Below, piece after piece: positions 13,169 to 27,267 of a stretch of DNA of 64,000 bases. This DNA is from Octopus sinensis (Eukaryota). Positions within the stretch are counted from its first letter, which is position 1; each line of letters opens with the position of its first letter. The notes beneath the pieces were generated by a model that worked only from the letters and a program-made list of their open reading frames with translations, had not been told where the DNA came from and did no database searches. The stretch is from positions 58,590,001 through 58,654,000 of the forward strand of contig NC_043012.1 in the NCBI RefSeq assembly GCF_006345805.1, given 5' to 3'. The translations under genes were made by a program, and so were the position numbers.

Positions 13169-14319
13169 TGGCTTTCTATTCTATCACTCTAACGACTTCA
13201 CCAACTCGCCCCCTTTCTAGCTGTTTTACTAAACGATACATGTGGCATTGGTGTATTTCATAGCGATACGTAATCCGCAAACATTAAACTCAAATGCAAC
13301 CTAAGCGCGATTTGAACCGAGATCTCAGAGAATCAAAACTGTAAGTATTTACTCCTCTGGCCATCAAACGACTCCGCCAAATTGCCGCTTGTACAACTGT
13401 TTTCTTAAATGATAAATGTGACATTAGTGTATTTCATAACGATACGTTATTCTTGGTGAAAGAAGAAAACCCGATTGACAACGCATCAATCTTAATTCTA
13501 ATCCACTCACCTAACTGCTAAAAATATTAATATCATAAGAATTCAAACCAGACGACTCGATATCGTTCGATATTACTGGCGACTGTTCGATTGACTAATG
13601 GCTAAAATAGTCAGGAAGGAATATTTTCGGCATTTATTATATCCCCTTTTAATAATATTACCATATCTCTGAATTACTTATGTATCACTTGCTACTTAGC
13701 TCAACTACGGATCAATATTTCTCTTTTTATGCCTCTCCCACTTCGTTCTGTTTCTTCCACCGCTACTACAACGTTATCTGATCTCTGCCTTCTCTGAACG
13801 AGCTAGACAGTGTACACTTCAGTACACTGTTCTGCAGTGTATTTTACAGCAATACTGCACAATTTAGTTTACAATATTGCAGCCTACATGTTATCTGCCT
13901 CGGTTTAATCAACCGGTACTGTTCTCAACTCTCTTTCGAGTAATGCCTTATCGACGTGCTAGAAATTGCAGTCACATCTTACTCAAATTACACATCAAAA
14001 TCTTAAAGAAAAAATTATTGGAAAATATAGTTCCTGGCGTACATACTAACAACCTAGATAATAATATCTTTCGTTTTAGATTTAATCTGTGAGTGTTTAT
14101 CTGGAGATGATCTATAAACCCGTTTGGTTACAGGATAAATAATTAGTTGTCTACTCTCTTGTGTAACAACCGAATAGCAGGAATTGTAAAGGAGTAATTG
14201 GTCCCTTTTTAATGATTTATCAAAAGAATGGAGATTTCCATGAGGCAGATAACAACACACTTGAATACATAATTGTTAAACCAGTGATTTAGTCTCAAAG
14301 ATCACACGCAACCATGGAA

Positions 14320-14602
14320 CATAATTGTTGCTCCCAGTGATTTTTGGTTGTTCCCCGAGCTGAAAGAAGATCCCAGGATCAGTCGTTGGGAATGTATTGA
14401 GAAGGTAAAGAAGGCTGTTACAGGAGTCCTAGACACCTTTAGTTTGGAGGACATCCACGGAGCCTTCAGGAAGTGGCTGGAGCGCCATAAGTAAATTGAA
14501 GTCAAATGGTCCTACATTGAAGAGGGTTCGAGTTTTGTACTTCTTTTAAATTAATAAATATCTGTCCTGAAAAATTCCTAAAACTTCTGGAATGCCCTTC
14601 GA
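14320..14602 (+). pseudogene. mariner transposase C-terminal fragment with right TIR remnant
   Basis: Manual translation APSDFWLFPELKE...IEKVKKAVTGVLDTFSLEDIHGAFRKWLERHK*IEVKWSY resembles the mariner C-terminus that follows YSPDL. Ends in aaacttctggaatgcccttcg, like a mariner right end. Confidence 0.8.
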
Positions 14603-15732
14603 TTATCTATAAATGTTCATGATACATAATCCCGCGACCTATGCGCAGCTACTGCTTTAAAACTTTCGTAAGCAGCTTCGGCAAATGGGCCATAATATTC
14701 ACCTGATATTGGCGGGCGAATTTCTATATGGTACAAATCAAATACAGTCTATGAATGGAAAGTAACAACCAGAACTCAACAAATTGGCGGGGATTAGACT
14801 CATCCTCGGTTTTTAAATGCTTGTTTTTTTTTTTTGTTATTTGAGGCTTCTTCTGTTATCATACGACAACATGAAATCAAAAACGTTGACCAATGAAACT
14901 TCCATGTTTTAAGATTTACAACTTGCAGCCACCAATAATAATGTGAACCAATTTTTAGTATAATATTTAACGTAAGTTGTATTGAATAAGGGAGTGTATA
15001 ATATTCTAATCATGGATGCAATGCAGCTCCGATGAAGTGGAAATACATCGACATCTAAAGCTTCGGGTAATAGCGACACTATGTATCTGGAATATGAAAA
15101 GAAGTAGAGAATAAGTAAAAAGCGTTGAAGATTATAAATATTCGAAAATCAGTGAGCGGGAAGATGTTGGTATTGCCTAGAAGTGAATAAAAAGCTGTGG
15201 GATATGTTAATCATTGAGATAGTAAAAAAAAAAAAACAAGAAACATACCGCAAATCTTGCTTAAAATGAAGACAATACGTGGAAGATATATTATAGAAAG
15301 CTGAGAATGATTCTGAAAACTCAACTCAAGGGTACAAGATGCGAAAGTCATAATGCTTCATAACAACTTTCTGTGTGGTATCATGCCATAGCATGAAATA
15401 TATCAGAAGTTTGAGGATATATATCTATATATACTTGAACGTATGTATGTATATGTACATACGCACACACACACAGACACATATAAATAATAATATTATA
15501 TATATATATATATGTATGTATGTATATGTACATACGCAAACACACACAGACACATATAAATAATAATATTATATATATATATATGTATGTATGTATGTAT
15601 GTATATATATATATATATATGTGTATATATATATATATATATAATATATATATATATATAGTGTATATATATATTATATATATATGTATATATATATATA
15701 TATATATACATATGTGTATATATATATATATA

Positions 15733-15776
<44 letters not shown>

Positions 15777-16020
15777 CACATATATGTGTATATATGAAAA
15801 GCTAACGTGAGAGGTAAAGGAGAAAAAAAAACAACGTTCTGAATCAGAGAACGCCTCATCTGAAATCAAATATACATGCTTTATAGAGAGAGCGTGTTAT
15901 TAACCAAACTACAGGGAGAAAAAAAAATCTTCGACAAATTATCTTTAGTTGCGTCAGACTCCAACCGTCAAAGAAAACAAGATATTATTAAAAACAGTAA
16001 TACAACACGAAAAGGTAAAC

Positions 16021-16118
16021 AACTAAAATTATACACAGGAAAACAGACAGTAACACAGAAACGGGGGAGTGACCGAGACCAATAAACATAATATGCTATA
16101 TATCTAATATATATATAT

Positions 16119-16156
<38 letters not shown>

Positions 16157-16233
16157 GCATATTTATGTTTATTGGTCTCGGTCACTCCCCCGTTCTGTTG
16201 TTACTGTCTGTTTTCCTGTGTATAATTTTAGTT
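16021..16233. repeat. Near-perfect inverted repeat (~80-bp arms, (TA)n spacer)
   Basis: 16021-16100 equals the reverse complement of about 16151-16233 except for three 1-bp indels. Confidence 0.95.
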
Positions 16234-16241
16234 ATATATAT

Positions 16242-16415
<174 letters not shown>

Positions 16416-18467
16416 GAAAGAAAGTAACATATATGTGTGATTGTAGTGTACGTATACATCCATCGTAGGAACTGTTCATGTATTATCTGACACGCCGCAA
16501 TACGTAACTCAACGCCAAGTCTAAAGAGGGAGCGTCCACATGGTTTTGCACACGACTTAATGTAAATATCAGCTAAATCTCCCTCATATCACACATCACT
16601 GTTTTTAGAAAAAAAGAGGCATGAGCTTACACAATTTAATTTTGAGTATATAGAAATTAAAGGATGGTAGCATCTGGAACGTCGTTCATTATGTATCTAC
16701 TCTATCAGGGCTGATCAAGGAATAAGCAAAAATGAAATAGTAGTAAAAACCTAGGCGCACAGACACATAGATACATAGACACTAATACATGTATACAGGC
16801 AAACTCTTATCCGCATACATTTTAAATGAACACAAAGCGAAAGCCTATCTCTTTCTCAAATCAGACCCTAAAGATTCAAAATGGCGCACATATTGGCTAA
16901 AAGGATTTTATACACATTGTGGTTGAAAATAGAAGATAGATGGTCACGATTTTTTAATGAACTTGTCCAGGGGTTTCCTGACACTAGACAACAACAAACA
17001 TTGAGCAGTCACAAGACAAAACATTTCGAGATAGTGAGCAAGTTGGTCCATTAAATATCTATATTCTAGATATCGTCATCTAATATGATATTGACTTCGG
17101 ATGACAGCGCATTTAAAAGGCACAATATATTAACTAGTTAGATCTACACGGAAGACAAAATTACGATTAGTTTTACTGAGTTGTGTCTGAGAGAAAAATG
17201 GCTGGTTGGTTATGCACACTTGATTGTTACTGTGAACTCTCATGCAGTGTTGTGAAGCTATGCAGGATTCCACGAAGTTACTTTCAAAAGCAGATTCACT
17301 TCTCACACGTACTCTTTCAGATTAAGTTAACTAAAGTTTCTTTTTATCAGTCTGCGTGTGGAAACTAAAGGATAATGAATTGAAAATATCCCAACAGCCT
17401 GGAGCATCCTAAATGATACAGCCATGTAAAACCCAGAGCCAAGGTCATTTAACAGAAATGATGATATCTTTAGCCATTGGAAACTCATCATGTATCTAGA
17501 GGCATTCAAGTGCAACGAGTTAGATTCTGTTGTACATAAATATTCGTTTCATTCCAGAGAGAGAGAGGAGGGATGCACTCCCTTTAATTGCCAAATAAAG
17601 GAAACAGCATAGAACAACATAAAGTAGATATTAATCCCTTCACCTTGATATCTACTTGACAACAGAGTTTACTGAAGTTCATTTGTATAACTCTATTAAA
17701 CAAGGAGAACCAGAAACCAGTAATGATTCTATGCACTGACGTTTCAATGTGGCTTGAGAGAGATTTGATTTCTATTTCTCATATGTTGATCGACCTCAAT
17801 GAGAAACGCTTGTTGCCTCATCTTATCTATTTCCAGTACGATCTTTGTCTCACACAGGACGGAGTACTTTGAAGGATATTGAACTATCATTTCTAGCAGG
17901 AACAAGCAACCTTATCGCGTGAAGGGTCTGCCTGTTTCAGTTACAGAAATGTACGAAATTGATGTTCTAAGATAAGGAAATTCATGCAGAGAGAGTAGGA
18001 ATCATAAGAAACAATAACAAGATGAGTTGAAATACGATATAATCCCGCTGATATTTGGCATCACCATTCAACAGAACAGGATTTTCGAGGAACTGAAGAT
18101 AGGATAAGGGGAAAGGATCAGGGGCGGGCGTATATTTATGTCTACCTATTTGGAAATAAGATATTTCTGTAATCAGAGTGTAAGGAATATTAGGTGACAT
18201 CATTTTATTTTTAAAAAAAGGGGGTAAAAAGTTAATAGTGTGTAATGAAGGGGGGGTCAATATATTAAAAAGAGGGTGTTATAATGATTCAGGGACAATG
18301 TCATCATATTAAAACAGAGAGTAAGAGAGCAAAGGCGGATGTCACATATCTGTGATTGTATATATAGTGTATAGCTATATCTGTATATTTATACATGTGT
18401 ATATATACAGTATAACTATATTTTTAAATGCAGATAGACAAATAGGTAGGTGGGTATACACACACAT

Positions 18468-18498
<31 letters not shown>

Positions 18499-18558
18499 GA
18501 GAGAGAGAGAGAAATGGATAAATAGATACAGGGAGAGATACATAAACTAATAGTAATA

Positions 18559-18606
<48 letters not shown>

Positions 18607-19084
18607 AATATATATATATATATAAAGATATACAACACACATATATATATATATACACACGTATATAGACACATACACACACACATATATATATACATAC
18701 GTGTATAGACACATACACACACACATATATATGTATATTTATATATATATATACAGATATACGTATATATTCATTCATATACCTAACTTATCTACATACA
18801 TACATACATACATACATACATACATACATACATACATACTTTCATACATATATACATGTCGTTTTCTATATAAGCAGAAACCCATAGTTCGGGTTTGCTC
18901 GTCGCTGAATTTGGCATCAATACTGTATCTGATCGACCCGAAACGATGAAAGATCGTGAGAAATGTTCTTGTGATTTGAGGAAACTTGATGTCATGAAAC
19001 CCAAGGATAAAATCTTTGCCAATTACAATACTAGTGATAATATTAATAATCTATTGGCAGAAAGCCTGAAATTTTTGTGGAAGA

Positions 19085-19255
19085 GGTAATGGAGTACACC
19101 GACCCCAGTGCTCAGGTCGTGCTCAATTTATAGACTCCGAAGGGAAGAAAGTTAGTATACATCGATGGAATTTTAGCTCAGAGCGTGAAGGCGGACGAAA
19201 TGCCGCTAAGCATTTTTTCCGGAATGTTAACGATTCCGCCAGCTCGCTGCCTTAT
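19085..19255 (-). mobile_element. SINE family B, diverged
   Basis: gacgaaatgccgctaagcatt...cgattccgccagctcgctgcctta head. Confidence 0.8.
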
Positions 19256-19271
19256 TACTACTAATAGTAAT

Positions 19272-19490
19272 AATCCTCTCTACTGAAGGCGCAAGGCCTG
19301 AAACCTTTAGTGGGTAGCGACTAGTCGATTACATCGACCACAATGTTCAACTGGTACTTGATTTATCGACCCCAAAATGTTGAAAGGCAAAGTAGATCTC
19401 GGTAAAACTTGAATTCAAAACGTAGAGACGGACGAAATGCCGCTAAGCATTTTGACTGGATGCTAACCACTCTTCCAGCGTGCCTCTTTA
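19272..19490 (-). mobile_element. SINE family B (B2 tail), diverged
   Basis: gcgcaaggcctgaaa...gtcgattacatcgac...ctggtacttgatttatcgacccc...gacgaaatgccgctaagcat. Confidence 0.8.
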
Positions 19491-19522
19491 TTGTTAATAA
19501 TAATAACGATAATAATGATACC

Positions 19523-19562
<40 letters not shown>

Positions 19563-20104
19563 TAATAATAATATAATAATAATAATATTGACCTGTAGAA
19601 GGGCCACGGCCGAGTGTAGTCTAGCTTCCACTCCATTGTTCTTCGAGGTGCCCCTGACGACCCAGGGGATCCAGTGTCTGGGACATCCAGGTGAGTCTTC
19701 TCGGTCATCTCATTCCTTTGATTGGTATTACATATCATCATTGCAACAAATGATAATGGCTTTCTGTAGGATTTGCTCTCGGAGCGTGTTCAGTTGAGAT
19801 TTTCATATAAAGGGTCACAAGAAATACAATAAATGTTGTTTCTGTTGCCATAGAACATCGGGTTCAGTATGACCCAACCTGAAGAAACATCTGGAAACTT
19901 TAGAAATACGTTAAAATCTTGGTGTATTTAAACAATCGGTTTTACTTGGAACTGGAAGCATACTGCGTAAAACGCTGTCTGATTGAGGTCCTTGTTATGA
20001 CTTAACAGACAGTAGCAAAACCCCGGCACACACGGCATCTTCAATCTACTACAAAACAATATTGTATACTGTACGACGTATTCAATGACAATCATAGTTT
20101 TTCT

Positions 20105-20408
20105 TGTTTGTTTCTTCTCGAGCCATGCTTGGCTTATAAGGGCCGGTTTTTCCGGTTTCCTTGGCATATAGGTTCCCCACCTGGACGGGACGCCGGTCCG
20201 TCGCGAGTGAGGTGCTAGATGCAGGAGGAAAGATTGAGAGAAAGATGTGGTGAAAGTGTCAACAGACGTTCGCTATTGCCTTCTTCTGGAGCCGCGTGGA
20301 GCTTAGGTGATTCGCTGATAATCACACACATCGCCCGGTCTGAGATTCGAACTTGCGATACCTCGACTGTGAGTCCGCTGCACTAGCCACTAGGCCCTGT
20401 GCTTCCAC
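20105..20408 (-). mobile_element. SINE C3 (family C head and body with family D tail), diverged
   Basis: Head gtccgctgcactagccactaggccctgtgcttccac and C body (gagagaaagatgtggtgaaag). Tail ccggtttccttggcatataggttccccacctggacgggacgccggtcc matches the family D tail. Confidence 0.8.
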
Positions 20409-20978
20409 AATAATAACAATAGTAATGGTGATAATTATATGATCATGCAGAGGGTTGTGGTGGTGATGACGTTGATAACGATGTGATGATTGTGGGTGTG
20501 TTAGAGGATTGTTGTTGTTGATGGTGGTGGTGGTGGTGGTGGTGATGGTAATGCGTTTCTGGCATAGCTTAAAAATTACATACTTCAGCTCAGCGCCACT
20601 GCTTGAAAAGTACTTTATTATATCGATCGGAAAGATGGAAGACAATAGTGAAAAGGAGTAAAATTTGAAACGCTATCTCTAAATACAGTATCAACAAATG
20701 GTGCAAGACTTTGATAAATCTATAAAAACACATTTGTACGCATTAGATAACATCTGTTCGTTAAATGACATGAGGTGGAATTGTGAAATCTGGGAACGTC
20801 AAATAAGAAATAAAACGAAATAATCAAGGAATCTGTTACATGTGAGACTAAGGTGATCATTTATAATGAAGTTGTCGACGTATCTTGAGTTTATAAGACA
20901 TAGATGAATTGATAAGAAGTTAATCAGTGATTGTTGATTGCCATTCTCTAAGCCTATTGCAAACTAGACAAACATATA

Positions 20979-21191
20979 CCTTTCTATTCTAGGCACAAGG
21001 CCAAAAATTTTGGGGGAGGGGCCAGTCGATTAGATCGACCCTAGTAGGCAACTAGTACTTAATTTATCGACCCCGAAAAGATGAAAGACAAAGTCGACCT
21101 CGGCGGAATTTGAACTCAGAACGTAACAGCAGACGAAATACCGCTATGCATTTCGCCCGGCGTGCTAACGTTTCTGCCAGCTCACCGCCTT
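20979..21191 (-). mobile_element. SINE family B (B2 tail) with 14-bp TSD
   Basis: Well-conserved copy. TSD actagacaaacata (20963-20976) and actagacaatcata (21192-21205), one mismatch. Confidence 0.92.
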
Positions 21192-21879
21192 ACTAGACAA
21201 TCATATTGAAAACTAGAAACGAGAAATGAAATCTTGCAAACAAGTTATTGTTCATTCTTGCAGTGCTAAGACATAAAATGTCTTAAAATAATTAATGGGG
21301 ATCAAAATTATCTTTGGTAGTAAAAGACTGATGTGTCTATCTTAAGAAGAATCAAATGAAACCAAATGTGATTGAATCGGGTGATTTATTTAAATCATTG
21401 AGAAGCTATCTGTATCTTGGACAATTAAGGTCGTTGGAAGCTGTATCTGTCCGAGCGGCCGATCACATACAGATCTGTAATCAATATTTGAAATTAACTC
21501 AGCGTTAATTAAAAAAAAAATAGAGCGACTCGTGGAACTTCTATGTTGTGTGTCAGTGACTTTGAATAGCTACTTTCCCTTTAGTTTAGGTACGTACCTA
21601 TTAACTCTCATAACATATATAAGCATTTAAACCAACTAACATACAGACACATAAAATAATAATAATTATAATAATAATAATCCTTTCTACTTATTTTACC
21701 GAACCCGAAAGGATATTTGAACTCAGAACATAAAGACGGAGGGAATGCTGCTAAGCACTTTGTTCGTCATGCTGACGATTCTGGCAGCTCACCGCATTAA
21801 TAATAATAATAATAATAATTATTATTATTATTATTATTATTATTATAATTATAATAATAATGAATGCAAGAAACCGGAT

Positions 21880-22687
21880 CGGAGCGATCAATATGTTAAC
21901 CATACCGTGTCTTACGGTTTCAATATCATTAACTGGTCAATTACTGAAATATGTAATCTCCTCAGAAAAATACCGAAATTGTTAACAACGCATAGACTAC
22001 ACCACCTTAAAGCAGATATAGAACGACTTTACCTGCGAAGAAAAGTGGGTAGCTGGATGTTAAAACTTGTCTCAAAGCATGAAAACAAGAAAGCATCATA
22101 CTCAGAAGCAAAACAGGCAAAGGAATATCTAAAGGAATTCCAAATACAACAAATTCCAGAATTAGACGTACTGGAAACAAGCACAGAAAAAGCTAAGCGT
22201 ATGAAAACCCGTGCTAAAACTGCTGCCTTCTTACTGATAAAAGGCAAAAAAAACCCCTCTCGGTGGCAAATACCTAAAGAGAGCAAATAGTGCCGATGTG
22301 AACAAAGCCCTTACCCATCAATGCTTAGTGTCTTCTGGCATAAAATCAGAAACAGAAGGTTTTATCATAGCGACTCAATATCAATGCCTACCTACAAGAA
22401 AATACCAGGCCAACATATTACAGAAAGGCAGTGAGCCAACATGTCGTGTATGTCAACAACAAAATGAAACCCTTGATCATGTTCTCTCCATGTGCAGTCT
22501 TCTTGCACCTACAGAGTATCTAAGCAGGCATGATAGAGCAGCACAATATATTCACTGGGTAATTTGCAAGAACTTGGACATACCCCATGATAAAAACTGA
22601 TGGAAATACAAACCACCCCCAGTGCTTGAAAATGATCACTTCTCACTCCTCAGGTACTTCACCATTTAAACTGACAGAAAGATAGAG
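21880..22687 (+). pseudogene. R4/Dong-like (RLE-type) non-LTR retrotransposon fragment 1: post-RT region, CCHC knuckle and RHD motif
   Basis: FNIINWSITEICNLLRKIPKLLTTHRLHHLKADIERLYLRRK, then SETEGFIIATQYQCLPTRKY...CRVCQQQNETLDHVLSMCSLLAPTEYLSRHDRAAQYIHW (C-x2-C-x7-H-x4-C plus RHD, typical of RLE-clade ORFs). Frameshifts and stops present. Confidence 0.85.
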
Positions 22688-23348
22688 GTGAATATGCTAG
22701 ACGGACTAAACAACTTAAACAGAAAGACAAGGAAGTTGCTAACTAGATATGGGTTACTCCACCCAAAAAGTGCCACAGACAGACTGTTTGTACCAAGAAA
22801 AAGAGGGAGAAGAGGACTTATTGGATGTGAACACGACATTTTAGCAGAAGAAAACAACAAAGCTTGGTAAGTAAAAAATGCTACAGAACCGCTACTATTA
22901 GAAGTAGGAAGGTCAGGTTTGTGTAGTATGGGAAAATGTAAAGATAAAGCACTATACAAGAAATTGAAAACGAATGAAACTGAAAATAGGTGGGAAAAGA
23001 AATAATGCATGGTCATTTTCATAGGGATGTTGAAGATAAGACAGAGAGAGGGAAAAGATGGCTCTGGATGATTTGAAACCAGAACGGAGGCCCTAATCTG
23101 TGCTGCCCAAGAGCAAGCACTAAGAACAAACTACATAAAATACAAAATATACGACACATCAGAAAGTGATAAATGCATAATCTGTGGACAAAACGGTGAA
23201 CCTGTATGGCATATTACCAGACAATGTACGCCACTAGCCCAGAAGGAATATAAGCGACGTCACGACATATAGCCAGGCTTGTCCATTTGCAACAAGTATG
23301 GACTTGACATATCAAAAAATTGGTACGACCACAAAACTGAAGGCACCC
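22688..23348 (+). pseudogene. R4/Dong-like non-LTR retrotransposon fragment 2, a different family covering the same ORF region
   Basis: NRKTRKLLTRYGLLHPKSATDRLFVPRKRGRRGLIGCE, then ETEALICAAQEQALRTNYIK...DKCIICGQNGEPVWHITRQCTPLAQKEYKRRHD...WYDHK. Stops and frameshifts present. Confidence 0.85.
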
Positions 23349-23863
23349 TAGTCCCTTACAATGTAATTACAATATATTGAACAAAGTGCATCATAGTGCA
23401 GAATGTGATATGGTCACATCATGGCTGCAGACATAAACGATTTATATCTTAGAGCCTTTAAATCAAGTATGACTTGGTGCTGAAAAAAAGTGCAATTGTT
23501 AACGTATGATTCTCTCAAATCTACATTATTAGGCTTCCATTCTTTTTAAACAATACGATATACTTGACTTAAAATATACGCCACGTCGTAAAGAAACCAA
23601 TTTTAACAACACCAAACCAGAGAAATGCGTCACACCACAATAATTTTGTAAACATTTCTCACTATATTTGCTAGTAATGTTTCTGGCTTTCAGTTAGAAT
23701 ACATAAACTTCGATTATAATTATACACACTCTTGTAATGATAACTTTTCATATTCCAATATATAGTTACTGAAAACAGAAACGCAGAATCAATAGTAAAA
23801 GAAAAGATGCCTCAGAGATAAATCTTTGCTGGTTTTCCTCTTTTTTCTTATTTCTCTCTATCT

Positions 23864-23901
<38 letters not shown>

Positions 23902-24951
23902 CATACATATATATATATATATATTATATTTGATAATTCTATAACAGATTGCAGATCCTTAACCAATTCTGTAATATTCCCTAGGGAAAAATGTAGTTTT
24001 GATATTATGTGTCTATTTCCATATATTTACCTTTTTTTGCACCCGATATCTATGTACCCTATGCCACTCTTACTCTCTCTCTTTCTCTCCCGCTCCCTCT
24101 CACTTTCTCTCACTTTACACTCATGCATTTATATGTATGCATACATGCATGTATATATGTGTGTGGGTATATATACAAGCATATATACATGTTCATGTAT
24201 ATATCTATACATATGTATATAGTACTATGTATATATTTATGTTTGTATGTGTGTGTGTTGAGATACATACATATATCTACATATGTACATACATATGTAT
24301 ACATATATATATACATACACATATCTACATATGTACATACATATGTATACATATATATACATACACATATACATACATGATGCATGCATACATGCATACA
24401 TACACACATACATGCATGCATATGTTTGTATCAACGTAAGTACATAAATATATACAACACCATGGGTGATCGAAATGACCGAGACAGACCAGCGCCAATC
24501 TGAGTACATTACAGTATTTAGTTTCCACCATCTTGCTCTCTACTTTCAAACCTCGCTGGATTCGACTTAGCCTTTCATTTCTTAGGCTGAATGTAACAGT
24601 AGTAGATAAAAATGAATTCTGTATCAAATGGGAAAGCTGGGGCGAAGTGAGGCGAGGCGAGGCCATAGAGATGGTTCAACTTCATTAACTTTACGCTCTC
24701 CCTGTATATTAGCCATTATTATTAACATTACCCCGTTTAACTTCATCATTAAATATATATGTAACCCTCGCCTCATTTTTTTTCCTTTGCATTAAAATGC
24801 GATATAGAAAAATGTGTTTCGGTTTCTAAAACATATCTCAAAACACATTATAGAATATACATTTCTATATCTTGAGCTTATTCAAATACATTTTTCTAAA
24901 ATACCTCGCTTCTTTTTGTTCGTATTTCGTTTCTGCTACGTATTTTGTTGC

Positions 24952-24954
<3 letters not shown>

Positions 24955-24985
<31 letters not shown>

Positions 24986-25000
24986 GTTATTATTATTATT

Positions 25001-25074
<74 letters not shown>

Positions 25075-25128
25075 GTTATTATTATTATTATTATTATTAT
25101 TTTTGTTATTATTATTATTATTATTATT

Positions 25129-25160
<32 letters not shown>

Positions 25161-25195
25161 CATTATTACTATCATTATTATTATTATTATTATTT
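24955..25195 (+). repeat. (TTA)n microsatellite, imperfect
   Basis: Read directly. Confidence 0.96.
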
Positions 25196-25369
25196 GCTAC
25201 TCCCCACCACCATTTCCAACGTTGGGGGAATATAATGCTAGAAGACCCTTTAGATAATTACATTTCTCCGAATGCAATTTAAGTACTCATACTGTACGCA
25301 TATAATTTTCTGTCATTGAGAGTAGATTCTGAGGCTCTTTTCCAACACTGAGGATTGCAAAGTCAAAAC

Positions 25370-25510
<141 letters not shown>

Positions 25511-25977
25511 TAGAAAATTATAAAAAAGATTGCATCCTTAGTAACAGAAACCTAGATACAAAATTGATGAAGCTTAAAATCCCTAGACGCTATGAAAACC
25601 AAGCAATTGCTACGGTATTTACAATATTCCTGGAAGCTGAAAAGGAATGGTAGAGGCAATATATAATAGAGCAATGAATGACTCTGTAAAATTCTTTGCT
25701 TGCGCATACACCGACCAAAATACCTAAAAGTAGTGATAATTCTTGCAAGTATTGGGATTATCGATTATAATAACCTGATCATAGCGTCTACAATATGATT
25801 ATTGATGTATCGATCGATTTCAATATCCTATCTAAAATGTAATATCTTCTATTGATATATCAGTTAATATCTAGTTACCTCCAAAACTATACTATTGATT
25901 ATTGATATCGTGGTCAATAGTTTTCTTCGCTCTTCTATAGAAATATTAATGGTTTGTTTTGGTTTTATGTTGCCTTT

Positions 25978-26098
25978 ATTATTATTATTATTATTATTAT
26001 TATATTATTATTATTATTATTATTATTGTTGATGGTATTATTATTGTTGATAGTATTATTATTGTTATTGTTGTTACTACAACTACTACTACTACTGC

Positions 26099-26140
<42 letters not shown>

Positions 26141-26182
26141 TATTATTATTACTATTATTACTATTATTATTATTATTATTTC
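25978..26182 (+). repeat. (TTA)n/(TTG)/(CTA) compound trinucleotide microsatellite
   Basis: Read directly. Confidence 0.95.
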
Positions 26183-26346
26183 TGATTTTTAATTCTTTCT
26201 TTCTTTCTTTATATATTTATTTGTTTTTTTTATTTAGATTTTTATTTTTTATTGCAACAGAAGCAGAATTTAGATTAATCAACAAAATCTTAAGATTCCA
26301 ATTAATTCTGAAAATTCTATTACACAACAATATATATATATATATA

Positions 26347-26401
<55 letters not shown>

Positions 26402-26429
26402 TGCAATATACATATATATATATATATAT

Positions 26430-26479
<50 letters not shown>

Positions 26480-27267
26480 TACAATATACATACACTTATA
26501 TATATATATATATATAACACATATATACATACATATACATATATTTATATATGTATATGTATGTATATATGCCAGTGTCTGTGAGAACGTGTGAGTTCGT
26601 GTGAGGGGGGATATGTCGGTGGGTGTGTGGATGTGAGTGTCTACCTACATATGCATATAGATTTATTTATTCATTTTATTTATACCTGCGTATATGTATA
26701 TATATATATAATTATATAATATATATATGTAAATATATATATGCATATATATATATAATTTACGTACACATGTATATATGTATATATATATATATATATG
26801 TTTGTATGTATGTATTTATATGTACATATGTAGATGTATCTATGTTCGCCTATATGCGTGCCCGCGCCTGTCTGTGTGTGTGTGTGTGTGTGTATGTGTG
26901 TGTGTGTGTATGTGTGTGTGTGTGTGTGTGGATATGTCTAGTGTTAGTTTATTGAAATTTATTTTTACTGTCCAAAAGTTTTATGTAAAAGATTGCAAAT
27001 ATTTATAAGAATTTCTAAACTCATTAACTCTAAAAATAATTAATGATATTTTTCCGAATTAACATTTTAATATCGTTTGCATAACATTATACTCCTTTAT
27101 AACGTTATGTATCCATGTCTCAGAACTACTCTCTGCTTTTCTTTATTTTTTCCTCTCTCATTCCTCTCATTTTCTTCTCGGAATTTTGTCTGTATTTTCT
27201 TCGAAATTTTTACCCAGGTGTATGACCGATACAGACGTTATGGTACAGCAGGAAATTTTATGTATAT

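Noticed and set aside
17183-17515. Short ORFs with nearby acceptor-like ttcag/atcag sites
   Set aside because: All frames close quickly after the acceptors; no convincing donor or recognisable peptide.
24812-24845. Possible hammerhead relic (minus strand: UGAGAUAUGUUUUAGAAACCGAAAC)
   Set aside because: The core and cleavage triplet both need several changes; not distinguishable from chance.
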